From Deltaproteobacteria bacterium (lineage in GTDB: Bacteria > Myxococcota > Kuafuiibacteriia > Kuafuiibacteriales > Kuafuiibacteriaceae), in contig JAVJQW010000057.1 of assembly GCA_040218735.1 (NCBI GenBank), positions 288,001 to 352,000 of the forward strand: a stretch of 64,000 nucleotides of DNA, in the 5' to 3' direction. Positions 19,382 to 29,992 of this stretch are shown piece after piece (within the stretch, counting starts at the first letter, position 1; each line of letters opens with the position of its first letter). The notes beneath the pieces were generated by a model that was given only the letters and a program-made list of their open reading frames with translations, was not told the origin of the DNA and searched no databases. The position numbers and the translations under genes were made by a program.

Positions 19382-19956
19382 GGTGCCTCCTTCTGTAGCG
19401 CCTTGCGCAGCCGACGCCGCGCGTGGTGGAGGCGCTTCCACATCGTCCCTGGTCGAACGCCGACGGCGCGCGCCGCGTCGACCCCGGACAGGTCCTCGAG
19501 CTCACACAACACGTAGGCGACGCGGAGGTCGTGCGGCAGGTCGTCCAGCGCCTCCATCACCCGCTCCACGAGCTGACGCCGCGACACGACGTCCTCGATC
19601 AGCGGCGCCTCCTCCTTCGGTTTCGCCGAGAACACTTCGAACAGGTTCGTGCGGCGACGCTCGGACCGACGCTGGTCGCGCGCCACGTTCGACGCGATCC
19701 CCAACAGCCAGGTGCGCACCGTCGACCGGCCGCCGAAGCTCCCGGCGCGGCGCCACGCGGTGAGGAACGTGAGCTGTACGGTGTCGTCGACGCCCGCGTG
19801 CGTCGCGCCGAGGAGCCGCGAAACGAAGCGGAACACCACGTCGCGGTGACGACGGAAGAGCTCCCGCAGCGCATCGCCGTCCTGGCGCGCGCACGCCTGC
19901 AGGAGCGCCTCGTCGCTCGCGGGCGCTTTGCCCAACGCGATGACCTTCGCCGTCAT
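19378..19956 (-). CDS. ECF RNA polymerase sigma factor
   Basis: DDTVQLTFL, STVRTWLLGIASN (region 2) and PGTMWKRLHHARRRL (region 4). Confidence 0.92.
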   Translation of the reverse strand: MTAKVIALGKAPASDEALLQACARQDGDALRELFRRHRDVVFRFVSRLLGATHAGVDDTVQLTFLTAWRRAGSFGGRSTVRTWLLGIASNVARDQRRSERRRTNLFEVFSAKPKEEAPLIEDVVSRRQLVERVMEALDDLPHDLRVAYVLCELEDLSGVDAARAVGVRPGTMWKRLHHARRRLRKALQKEAP

Positions 19957-20891
19957 CGGCCCCACCTCAGCCCCACGCCGAGCCGCGCCAACCACGCCGA
20001 TTCGGAGGGGAGCGCAAGGGCGGTCGTCGTGGCGGCGTACGACGGCGTGGGCGCGTCTTCCGCTAGGAGCACGTAGGCACCCGACAGGGCGGCCTCGAGC
20101 TGCGTCGACGCCGACAGCGCCCAGCTCGCGCGCACGTGAACCTCGACCGTCGGGCGCACCGAGCTGAAGACGAAGTCGTCGCGCACCAACGGCTCGTCCA
20201 GCACGCAGCGCTCGAACGAACACTGCGACACGTCCGGCTCGACGCGCGATGTACGCGACCACCGCAACCCCGCGGCGACCCCCGGCGCCAACGTTCCGCC
20301 CAACGCCGCCCACGGGCGCTCGACGCCGACCTGCGCCGCCGCGCTCGCGCGACGGCCATCGGACGCGTCGCCTGATACGTCCGCGGGGGCGACGAAGAAG
20401 CGCCCCCCGACGAACCCCACGAAGTCACCCAACGCCAGGTCCACGCGCCCGTAGACCCCGGTCATCAGCACCGCGCGCTCGTCCAGTCCGGCCTCGGCGC
20501 GCACCGCGCCACCGAACGACGTGGGGGCCTCCGTCGCCTCCGGTCGGGCCACCGCACGCACCGGCGCCGAAGGAACGACGGGGCGCGGCGCCTCGACCCG
20601 CGGCGCTCCGGGCGCGGGTCCTTCGACGAGCGCGTCGGTCAGCTCGGTCTCCGCCCAGGACTCCAACACCGCCGCGGCGACGGCGACCGTCGACACGACC
20701 CGAGCTTCACCGTCGGACGAGAGCCGCAAGCGGCCTTGCACCGACTCGACCGTCGCCTCGATGACGCGACAGGTCTCGGGCTCACTCAGCGCGACCTCGA
20801 TCGCTCTCACGATCTCCGATGGTCCACTGAGACGAATACACTCAGTGCCTCCCGAGATCTGCGCAAACAGAGCAAACGCGACGATCATCAT
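19953..20891 (-). CDS. exported protein with C-terminal beta-barrel-like region
   Basis: Hydrophobic N-terminus, Pro linker, amphipathic strands ending ARLGVGLRW. 4-nt overlaps with both neighbours. Confidence 0.65.
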   Translation of the reverse strand: MMIVAFALFAQISGGTECIRLSGPSEIVRAIEVALSEPETCRVIEATVESVQGRLRLSSDGEARVVSTVAVAAAVLESWAETELTDALVEGPAPGAPRVEAPRPVVPSAPVRAVARPEATEAPTSFGGAVRAEAGLDERAVLMTGVYGRVDLALGDFVGFVGGRFFVAPADVSGDASDGRRASAAAQVGVERPWAALGGTLAPGVAAGLRWSRTSRVEPDVSQCSFERCVLDEPLVRDDFVFSSVRPTVEVHVRASWALSASTQLEAALSGAYVLLAEDAPTPSYAATTTALALPSESAWLARLGVGLRWGR

Positions 20892-21658
20892 AGCGGCGGG
20901 CCCCCCGTCGCACAGACCGAGATCACCGGCTCTTCCGCTACGAAGACGAACCCGGGCGTGCAGGGCTCGGGCGGCTGCGCGCAGACGGCGTCGTGCGTCG
21001 CCTGCTCGACGGTGCACGGATCGCCGCAACGCTCACCGACCATCTCTCCCAGGGCGCCGCAGTCGAACATCCCCTCGCACATCGTGAGCGCGTCGAGCTC
21101 CATCTCACAGGGCGACGTCGTCTCGATACACGCCTCGAAGGTCATACGGAGCGGGCCACAGACCGACTCTTCGTCCGCGTGGCACCGGGTGAGTTGCTCG
21201 TGCAGGCCGTCGCAGACGACCGCCGTGTCCTCGAAACACCGCGTCAGGATGAGTTGCGCCTGCGTGCACAGCTCCTGCGGCTGCGTCAGGCACTGCGACG
21301 GATCCGGCACGGCGAAGATCGCCCCGAGATCGATCGTCGCTTCGGTGGAGCAAACCTCGAAGACCTGATCGAGTCCGTACGTCACCCCGTCGGCGGTCGC
21401 GAACGTCACCTCGAGCAGCGGCGTCTCGGGGACCGCCAGGACGAACGCCCCGTTCGATGCCACCGGCGTCGCCGCGACGAGCACCCCGGCGTTCCGCGCC
21501 ACCACCGTTGAAACCTCCAAGGGCATCTCGACCAGCTCCCCCATCACCAACGCCAGCGGTGACACCTCCGTGCAGCCGGCCACCGCAAACGTCGCCACCG
21601 CCGTCACGAAGACGGTGCGGAGTCGACGGTCGCGGGGCCGAGTGCTCATCGGGGACAC
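20888..21658 (-). CDS. Cys-rich lipoprotein with CX9C-CX7C periodic helical domain
   Basis: VAG-C lipobox, Cys spacing 7-9-7-9-7-9-6-9-5-10-3-10. Start at GTG 21658 or ATG 21649. Confidence 0.75.
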   Translation of the reverse strand: MSPMSTRPRDRRLRTVFVTAVATFAVAGCTEVSPLALVMGELVEMPLEVSTVVARNAGVLVAATPVASNGAFVLAVPETPLLEVTFATADGVTYGLDQVFEVCSTEATIDLGAIFAVPDPSQCLTQPQELCTQAQLILTRCFEDTAVVCDGLHEQLTRCHADEESVCGPLRMTFEACIETTSPCEMELDALTMCEGMFDCGALGEMVGERCGDPCTVEQATHDAVCAQPPEPCTPGFVFVAEEPVISVCATGGPPL

Positions 21659-21676
21659 CTCATTGTACGCGCGGGC

Positions 21677-22462
21677 TCACTCGCCCGGCGGCACCTCGGG
21701 ATCGCCGTCCTCGGGCGGCGCGTCGGGTGGGTAGTGTTCGCCGGGCGGCGGCTCGCCGCCGGGCCCACCGGCGCACAGCGAGAAGACCGCCGCTTCGATG
21801 CTGATGCAGGCCTCGGGGCCGTGCTCGCCGAAGCATTGGTCGAGCGCGACGAGCAGGTGGTCACACGTCGACAGCTCGGGGAACGCCCCCGGCGGGCACT
21901 CCGGTCCACGGCCACACACGTGGTCGAGCTCGCGTTCGAGGTCGTGGCACGGCTCCATGCAGGCCACCGCGGCCTCCTCGACCCCCGCGCAGAGCTGATG
22001 CGCCTGTTCGAAGCACTGCTCCGCCTGCAGCCGCAGCGGCTCACAGCCGCCGCCGGCCTGCTCGCAGTCGAACACCGACTCCATCAACGCCTCACACGGC
22101 GCGAACTGCGATTCGTAGCAAGCGCCGAGGTCCTCGTGGAGGTCGCCGCACAGCGGATCGTGCGCCTCGTAGCAGACGTGCACGTCGACCATGAGCTGCT
22201 CGCACAGGTCGCCCCCCTCGGGCGGCCAGGGCTCGGGGCCCTCGGGGCCCTCCGGACCACCGGGCATGCCAGGTTCGCCAGGCATCCCGGGGCCGCCGGG
22301 CGGGCCGGGGTCCTGCGGGCCCTCGGGGCTCATCGTGTCGCCCTGGTTGTTTGTCAGCGCGGCGGCGCCGTTGCCGTCCGCGGTCGGGTCGACGCACGCG
22401 GGCGCCAGCATCCACGCCGCGAGCCCGAGGCTCGCCAGCGCTGAAGACCAAGATCTGCTCAT
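21677..22462 (-). CDS. Cys-rich lipoprotein with Pro/Gly linker and CX9C-CX7C periodic domain
   Basis: APA-C lipobox, GPx-like linker, Cys spacing 9-7-9-7-9-6-9-7-9-3-10, SD GAGGAG. Confidence 0.78.
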   Translation of the reverse strand: MSRSWSSALASLGLAAWMLAPACVDPTADGNGAAALTNNQGDTMSPEGPQDPGPPGGPGMPGEPGMPGGPEGPEGPEPWPPEGGDLCEQLMVDVHVCYEAHDPLCGDLHEDLGACYESQFAPCEALMESVFDCEQAGGGCEPLRLQAEQCFEQAHQLCAGVEEAAVACMEPCHDLERELDHVCGRGPECPPGAFPELSTCDHLLVALDQCFGEHGPEACISIEAAVFSLCAGGPGGEPPPGEHYPPDAPPEDGDPEVPPGE

Positions 22463-22556
22463 CGTTTCCACTCCTCCTCGAACCGCGCAGCGCGCGCTCA
22501 TGAGGTCGTGGCGGTGAGCCGGGGGACCCTTCCCGATTTTTCGAGAAAAGTGCGGT

Positions 22557-22852
22557 TCAGCCGAACAGGCCGTCCATGCGGCAGGGGTAGCCGTAGTCGA
22601 AGGTCCCGCGTCCGCCGGGGTTGTCGGCCGGCGGCGCGCGCCCCGGAGAGCCCGGAGACGGCGCGGTGCCCGGCGAGCTCGTGTACGTGTCGACGACCAT
22701 GTCCTGGTACAGCTCCCCGACGTACCCGCCGTCCGACAAGCGGTGGACGTGGGTCGCGTCGAGGAACCCGACGGGGTGGCCGCTCATGTCGTAGAGGTAC
22801 TGGCCCTCCAGGAACGTGCGCGGCTCTCCCTTGCCGTCGTACAGGAACTTCA

Positions 22853-22853
<1 letters not shown>
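22557..22853 (-). CDS. small beta-repeat protein (4-fold beta-flower-like)
   Basis: LYDGKGEP / LYDMSGHPVG / LSDGGYVG repeats and Pro-rich tail. ATG overlaps the icd stop. Confidence 0.65.
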
Positions 22854-24160
<1,307 letters not shown>

Positions 24161-24199
24161 GGGTGCGCGCTGTAGCCCACCCTCCGCGACGTGTCCACA

Positions 24200-24259
24200 C
24201 CGCCTGCGGACACCTGTCCGCACCCCCTCGCCGCGCCGCCTGCGGACATCTGTCCGCAG
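24200..24259. promoter_or_regulatory. tandem palindromes TGCGGACA-N2-TGTCCGCA (two copies, 36-bp period)
   Basis: 24205-24222 and 24241-24258, each within the direct repeat CCGCCTGCGGACAYCTGTCCGCA. Partial half-site TGTCCACA at 24192. Confidence 0.7.
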
Positions 24260-24315
24260 TCGAGCCAGACTCGCCGCCGCACGCGCTGGCCCCTTCCTTG
24301 CGTCGGTCCGGCGCG

Positions 24316-25515
24316 ATGCACCCCCGACACACGCTCCCCTGGCTCGGCCTCCTCGCCGCGTGCGGCGCCGACCCCATGACGCCCAGCGTCACGCCGCCGA
24401 GCGGCGCCGCGACGGCCGTGGTCCGGCCGACCACCGTCGTCGACGCGTCGCTCGCGCGGACGTCGATCGCCCTCCCCGCCGAGCTCGACGGCGCCTCGAT
24501 TCGCCACGTCGCGACCCTCGGGACCGCGACCCTCGTCGGTGGCCCCGCGGGGCTGTTCGAGATCGGCGTCGATGGCCTCGCCGCGATCGACCCCACGCCG
24601 GTCTCCGGCCTCACGACGCTCGACGGCGTCGGCATCGTGGTCGCGACCGCGAGCGGCGTGTCGATCTGGAATGGCTCGCTCGAACCGTCCGGCCTCGGCG
24701 ACGCACTCGCGACGATGTCGGTCGACGCCCTCGCCCGCCGCGGCGACGAGCTGTGGCTCGCGACGAACGCGGAGCTGTACCGCTTCGTCGATGACGCGCT
24801 CGTCGCGTTCACGGCGCTACGCGGCCACGCGGTCGGGACGTACAACGGCGCGAGCCGGATCCTCGTCGAGACCGACGGCGGCTACGTCGCGCTCGCCGAG
24901 GCGCCCGACGGATCGTGGACGACGCAGACGATCGACGGCGTCGACGCGGTCGTCCCTGGCGCGAACGATCGGATCTTCGGGCTCCTCGACGGCGCGCTCT
25001 TCGAACGTGTCTCGGTGTCCGCGGACGAGGTCGCGTGGCGGCCCGTCGCGCTGACCGACGCGACCGAGGACCCCGGCGCGCAGGGCGTCACGTTCACCGC
25101 GCTCGACCCCGTGACCGGCGGCGTGTGGTTCGCGACCGCGTCCGGCTACGCGCGGCTGACCGGCGCGACGGTGGAGCGCCTCGACGTCGACGTCCCCGGC
25201 GCGACGTCGCTGCTCGTGTCGACGGACGGCACGCTGTTCGTCACCACCGACTCGACGCTCGAACGCTTCGGCCACGACGGGCCCCCCGTCACGTGGGCCA
25301 ACGACGTGAAGCCGTTCGCCGAGGCGAACTGCGCGCGCTGCCACGTCACGCTCGGCATCGCGCACCCGCTCGAGACCTACGCCGCGTGGGTCGAAGAGGC
25401 GGACCTGATCATCGAAGAGATCGCGGCGTCCCGCATGCCGCAAGACGGCGCGGCCCTCGTGGGCGGCAGCGCCGAGCTCATCCGTCGCTGGAAACTGGGA
25501 GGTTTCGAAGAATGA
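24316..25515 (+). CDS. lipoprotein: beta-propeller-like domain plus C-terminal c-type cytochrome domain
   Basis: LLAA-C lipobox and [18 protein letters not shown]...RMP (CxxCH with distal Met). Confidence 0.8.
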   Translation: MHPRHTLPWLGLLAACGADPMTPSVTPPSGAATAVVRPTTVVDASLARTSIALPAELDGASIRHVATLGTATLVGGPAGLFEIGVDGLAAIDPTPVSGLTTLDGVGIVVATASGVSIWNGSLEPSGLGDALATMSVDALARRGDELWLATNAELYRFVDDALVAFTALRGHAVGTYNGASRILVETDGGYVALAEAPDGSWTTQTIDGVDAVVPGANDRIFGLLDGALFERVSVSADEVAWRPVALTDATEDPGAQGVTFTALDPVTGGVWFATASGYARLTGATVERLDVDVPGATSLLVSTDGTLFVTTDSTLERFGHDGPPVTWANDVKPFAEANCARCHVTLGIAHPLETYAAWVEEADLIIEEIAASRMPQDGAALVGGSAELIRRWKLGGFEE

Positions 25516-27098
25516 GTCCCCGTACGTTGACCCTCGCCGTGGCGTTCACGCTCGCGGCCTCGCCCGCGTGGGCCGAGGTCTGTGACGAGTCCACCGCGAT
25601 CGCCGAATCGCTTCAGTATCTTCGTCGGCTGAGCCTCGACCTACGCGGTCGGGTACCGACGCTCGAGGAGCAGTCCTCGGTCGTCACCAACGGCGCGATC
25701 GACCCGAGCATCATCGAAGCGATGGTCGAGTCCGACGACCTGCTCCACCAGGTTCGACGGCACCACCTCGACATGCTCTGGACCAACCTCGCGAACCTGC
25801 GCATCACGAACCCGCCGTGGATCCTGTCGCCGCCGAACGGGCGTCAGACCGCGCCCGCCTACTTCATCCAGGCGCAGGTGCGACGCACGCGCTATCGCGG
25901 CGGCCCGGTGACCTGCCTCGACGAACCCGCGCGGTTCGACGGCGAGGGCAACATCCAGACGACGGTCGACGCCAACAACCCGAACATCCGGCGCGAGGGG
26001 TGGGTCGAGGTCTCGCCGTACTGGGCGCCGGACACGACGATCCGGGTGTGTGCGTTCGACGCGCAAGAGAACCTGACGGTCACCGACGAACGCGGGAACT
26101 CGATCGACTGCTCGGTGAACATCAACAACACGGGGTGCGGCTGCGGACCGAACCTCCGCTGGTGCCAGTCGCCCGTCGACGGGACGCTCTCGGCGATCAC
26201 CACGTCGATGAACGAGCAGCTGCTCCGCTACATGGACCACGTCGTCCGCGACGACCGGCCGTACACCGACGTCATCCTCGGCAAGGACTTCGAGATCGAC
26301 GGGCCGCTCGCGTTCTGGCTGAACAACCAGTCGCGCACCGGCGGCAACACGCTGCCGGCGGCGCCCCTGCAGGACCACCCGATCCCCGACCGCGCGTTCA
26401 CCGACGCTACGTGGCAGACCGTGCAGCGCGGCGACCAGCACGCGGGGGTGCTGTCGATGCCCGGCTACCTGCTGAAGTTCGGCAGCAACCGCGGCCGCGC
26501 GAACCGCTTCTACGACGCGTTCCTCTGTAAGCACTTCGAGTCGAACGAGCCCATCCCGCCGGCCACGGACGAGTGCCACAAGGAGCCCGACCTCACGAAG
26601 CGCTGCGGCTGCAAGGGCTGCCACCTCGCGGTGGAGCCGGCGGCGGCCCACTGGGGCCGCTGGGCGGAAGCGGGCCTCATCGCGATGACCGACGCGCAGT
26701 TCCCGACCTACAACGAACAGTGCGCGGGTCGAAACGGCGCGCGCATCCCGGTGTGCCGACTCTTCTACTTCACCGAGGCGGACGTCACGGATTCGGCGTC
26801 CGAGTCCGAGTACGTCGGGATGCTCCGCGCGTACGTGTTCGCCGACGAGGCGCGCGCCGCGAACATCGAGGAGGGACCGATCGGCATCGCCGAGAGCGCG
26901 GTCGACACCGGGACCTTCGCGTCCTGCACGGTCGAGAAGATGTGGACGCGGCTGATGTCACATCCGCCGACCGAGGCCGAGGCGGAGACGGTCGCCGAGC
27001 TCGCGGCCGACTTCGCGAATGGCTACAGCCTGAAGTCCCTGATCCACGCGATCGTGCAGCGCCCCGAGTACGTCGAAGCGGCGCGAGGAGGTGAGTGA
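25512..27098 (+). CDS. secreted DUF1549/DUF1588/DUF1585-like protein with CxxCH
   Basis: Signal peptide, YLRRLSLDLRGRVPT, AGVLSMPGYL, NRGRANRFYDAFLC, CKGCH, FASCTVEKMW...LKSLIHAIV. Confidence 0.75.
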   Translation: MSPRTLTLAVAFTLAASPAWAEVCDESTAIAESLQYLRRLSLDLRGRVPTLEEQSSVVTNGAIDPSIIEAMVESDDLLHQVRRHHLDMLWTNLANLRITNPPWILSPPNGRQTAPAYFIQAQVRRTRYRGGPVTCLDEPARFDGEGNIQTTVDANNPNIRREGWVEVSPYWAPDTTIRVCAFDAQENLTVTDERGNSIDCSVNINNTGCGCGPNLRWCQSPVDGTLSAITTSMNEQLLRYMDHVVRDDRPYTDVILGKDFEIDGPLAFWLNNQSRTGGNTLPAAPLQDHPIPDRAFTDATWQTVQRGDQHAGVLSMPGYLLKFGSNRGRANRFYDAFLCKHFESNEPIPPATDECHKEPDLTKRCGCKGCHLAVEPAAAHWGRWAEAGLIAMTDAQFPTYNEQCAGRNGARIPVCRLFYFTEADVTDSASESEYVGMLRAYVFADEARAANIEEGPIGIAESAVDTGTFASCTVEKMWTRLMSHPPTEAEAETVAELAADFANGYSLKSLIHAIVQRPEYVEAARGGE

Positions 27099-27766
27099 TG
27101 AACCTGCGATGGACCGCGCCGCTGCTGGCGCTGGCGATGCTCGCGTGTGACACGGCGACCCCCGACGGGACGCCGAACGAGAACCCGACCGAGACGCTGT
27201 ACCCGGATGAGTGGGCGCACGCGATGCCCGAGGACCGTGGGACGGCGACGATTCACCCCACGCCCGTCGACGTCGACGTCGACGGACGGATCGCACGACG
27301 GATGTCCGTCGACCAGCTGCGCCGCTCGATCCCGGTGCTGTTCGACGGCATCACCTGGACCGTGACCGTGCGTGGCCGGGAGCAGATCGGCTTCGACGTG
27401 CTCTCGCGAACGCTCGGCGAGGCGGATTACATTCAAGCGACCTCCCACAACGAGGAGCCTTCGCCGCTGTTCGCGAAGTTCATGGACGACATGGCGTCCG
27501 ACGTCTGCAACAAGGCGATCCGTGCGGACCTCGAGGCCACCGCCGGCGAGCCGCGGTTGGTCATCCACGACGAGGCCGACGTCGACGCGACGCTTCGGTT
27601 CCTCCGCCTGAAGCTGCACGGAATCTACGTGCCCGACGGCTCCACGGAGGGGCTAGAAGATCTGCGCGCGCTCTACGACGACGTGACGGCGGCGCAGGGC
27701 ACGCAGGTCGGCTGGTTCTCGGTGTGCATCGCGATGCTCACCGCGCCCGAGCTCATTGCGTACTGA
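27098..27766 (+). CDS. lipoprotein of the DUF1501/DUF1585 cluster
   Basis: MLA-C lipobox, RRMSVDQLRRS and W.SVCIAMLT.PE motifs. Translationally coupled to the upstream gene. Confidence 0.75.
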   Translation: MNLRWTAPLLALAMLACDTATPDGTPNENPTETLYPDEWAHAMPEDRGTATIHPTPVDVDVDGRIARRMSVDQLRRSIPVLFDGITWTVTVRGREQIGFDVLSRTLGEADYIQATSHNEEPSPLFAKFMDDMASDVCNKAIRADLEATAGEPRLVIHDEADVDATLRFLRLKLHGIYVPDGSTEGLEDLRALYDDVTAAQGTQVGWFSVCIAMLTAPELIAY

Positions 27767-27789
27767 AGGCGAGCGAAGGAGACACCACG

Positions 27790-29124
27790 ATGAAACGACG
27801 TACGTTCCTCAAGACCCTCGGCATCGGCGCCGGCGCCTTCATGGCGCACAACTACCTTCGCCCACGGCGCGCGTTCGCCGCGGCGGACCGCAGCTTTGTG
27901 TTCTGCTACTTCAGGGGCGGCTGGGACACGCTCCTGTCACTCGACCCACGGGACCCGAACGTCTTCACGGAGGCGCGACGGGAGGAGACGCGGATCGAGC
28001 TGGCGTGGGATCAGCTCCCCGCGGGCTACCCGCGCACGATCCTCCAGCCCTCGGGATCCAACATCCAGTTCGGTCCGGTGATGGAGGCGATGGCGCCACA
28101 CTACGAGAAGATGTGCGTGGCCCGCGGCCTGTCGATGAACACCGTCGCGCACGACGTCGGGCGGCGCTACTTCATCACCGGCCAGACGCCCCGCGGGAAC
28201 ACCGCGGCGGGATCAGCGGTGCCGACGCGCATCGTCGCGCAGCAGGGCGACCAGTCGCCGTTCCCGAACCTGGTGATGGGCGCGGAGACCTACAACGACG
28301 GGCTCCCCGCGTTTGCGTCGGGGCTGACGGTCAACTCGGTGACGGATCTGGTGACCTCGCTGACGGTGGGCCCCGGCGCGCCGCCGGCGGCGGTCCGCGA
28401 TCGCATCGCGGCCTACCGCGACGGCAAGCCGCTGTGTGATCCGGTCGGGCACGACCGCCGTGGTCTGCTGACCCGTTTGGGCGACAGCCAGATCAAGGCG
28501 CGCGAGCTCGTGGAGTCCGGCCTCTCTTCGAAGTTCGCGTTTGCGAACGCCAACGACTCGGAGATGACCGCGCTGAGGTCACGCTACGGGATCCAGAACA
28601 TCGACGGCGTCCCCGCGCAGGCGGCGGCGGCGTTCCAGGCGTTGAAGTACGAGCTGACGCAGGTCATCACGATCGACGCGACGCAGAACCTCGACACCCA
28701 CGACGGCAACTGGGCGACCGACCAACCGGACAACCAGGCGGAGGGGTGGACGGCGCTCGCGCAGCTGATCACCGATCTCGAGAGCGAGCCCGACCCCACG
28801 CGCGGCGGGACGCTCCTCGACAACACGACGATCCTCTGCTTCTCGGAGTTCTCGCGGACGCCGCTGTTGAACAACCGCGGCGGGCGCGACCACCACCTCG
28901 CCACGAGCTGCGCGCTGATCGGCGCGGGCGTCCCCGGCAACCGCGTGGTGGGCGCGACGAGCGACGTCGGCATGACGCCGATGGCGATCGACCCGAACAC
29001 CGGCGCGGTGCAGGACGGCGGCACCATCATCACGCCGACCTTGGTCATCGCCTCGCTGATGCAGGCTGCGGGTTACGACGTCACCGCGCTGCGCACCGAC
29101 GGCCTCCCCTGCCTGATGGCGTAG
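27790..29124 (+). CDS. DUF1501-family Tat-exported protein
   Basis: MKRRTFLK twin-arginine signal, FRGGWD, LDTHD, SEFSRTP, GRDHH. Confidence 0.88.
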   Translation: MKRRTFLKTLGIGAGAFMAHNYLRPRRAFAAADRSFVFCYFRGGWDTLLSLDPRDPNVFTEARREETRIELAWDQLPAGYPRTILQPSGSNIQFGPVMEAMAPHYEKMCVARGLSMNTVAHDVGRRYFITGQTPRGNTAAGSAVPTRIVAQQGDQSPFPNLVMGAETYNDGLPAFASGLTVNSVTDLVTSLTVGPGAPPAAVRDRIAAYRDGKPLCDPVGHDRRGLLTRLGDSQIKARELVESGLSSKFAFANANDSEMTALRSRYGIQNIDGVPAQAAAAFQALKYELTQVITIDATQNLDTHDGNWATDQPDNQAEGWTALAQLITDLESEPDPTRGGTLLDNTTILCFSEFSRTPLLNNRGGRDHHLATSCALIGAGVPGNRVVGATSDVGMTPMAIDPNTGAVQDGGTIITPTLVIASLMQAAGYDVTALRTDGLPCLMA

Positions 29125-29128
29125 CGCC

Positions 29129-29875
29129 TCACCGTGTGAACGCCTCGATCGCCGCGACCATCGTCGCCGGCTCGGCGGTGGTCGCTCGGCGCAGGTGCTC
29201 GGCGTAGAGCGCGGCGACCTCCACGGGGTGCTCCGGATCCGTGCCGGGGATGACCAACGCCGGCGCATCGATCCGCGCGAGCGCCTCCAAACCTTCGAAC
29301 GGCGCGGCGCACGACGCGAGGAACCGCGTGGTGGCCGCGACGCTCGCGGGGTCGAAGCCGAGCATCATCTCGATCGCCGCGCCCCGAATCGGATCCGGCA
29401 GCGCCGCGTAGAGGGGGCGCAACGCTTCGATCCCTTCGGCGAGCGTTCGTTGCCCCGCCTCGTCCATCTTCGCGAACGCGGCGCGCTGCGCGTCGTTCCA
29501 GTGGCCCGCGTAGACGGGTGAGACGAACACCAGCCCGAGGAGGCGCTCCGGGAAGTCGAGCGCGAAGCGCGCTGCGACCGCCGACCCCGCGGACGTGCCG
29601 CCGACGAAGGCCCGCTCGATACCGAGGTGGTCGAGGAGCCCCGCGACGTCCGCCGCGAGCAGCCCCCAGTCGAGCGCGCCCGCGTAGCACGAGCGCCCGC
29701 TCCCGCGCATGTCGGGCGTTATCACCCGGCGCGCCCCGGCGAGCGCGCCGACGTACATCAGCGCCGCCCGGTGATCGGCGAGCCCTCCGTGGAGAAAGAC
29801 CAGCGGCGTCCCTTCGCCTTGGTCGAGTGCATACAGAACGGCGCCTTCACGCGCGAACGTCGTGTCGTCAGTCAT
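29129..29875 (-). CDS. alpha/beta hydrolase
   Basis: FLHGG, PDMRGSGRS, GTSAG nucleophile elbow, DPEHP, SD AAGGAG. Confidence 0.88.
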   Translation of the reverse strand: MTDDTTFAREGAVLYALDQGEGTPLVFLHGGLADHRAALMYVGALAGARRVITPDMRGSGRSCYAGALDWGLLAADVAGLLDHLGIERAFVGGTSAGSAVAARFALDFPERLLGLVFVSPVYAGHWNDAQRAAFAKMDEAGQRTLAEGIEALRPLYAALPDPIRGAAIEMMLGFDPASVAATTRFLASCAAPFEGLEALARIDAPALVIPGTDPEHPVEVAALYAEHLRRATTAEPATMVAAIEAFTR

Positions 29876-29907
29876 GTTGTCGTGCTCCTTCGGACGCGGT
29901 GGTCCTG

Positions 29908-29945
29908 AAAATGAAAACGCCAGCTCCCGCGAGGGGAGCCGGCGT
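29908..29945 (-). terminator. intrinsic terminator-like hairpin with U-tract
   Basis: Minus strand ACGCCGGCTCCCC-TCGC-GGGAGCTGGCGT followed by TTTCATTTT. Confidence 0.65.
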
Positions 29946-29992
29946 CCGATGCCGATGAGTGTCGTCGAAACGGCGGGGCGCCGCAACCCGCC

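Noticed and set aside
24200-24259. Palindromic repeats as a mini-CRISPR
   Set aside because: Only two copies with a 13-nt gap, and no leader or cas genes.
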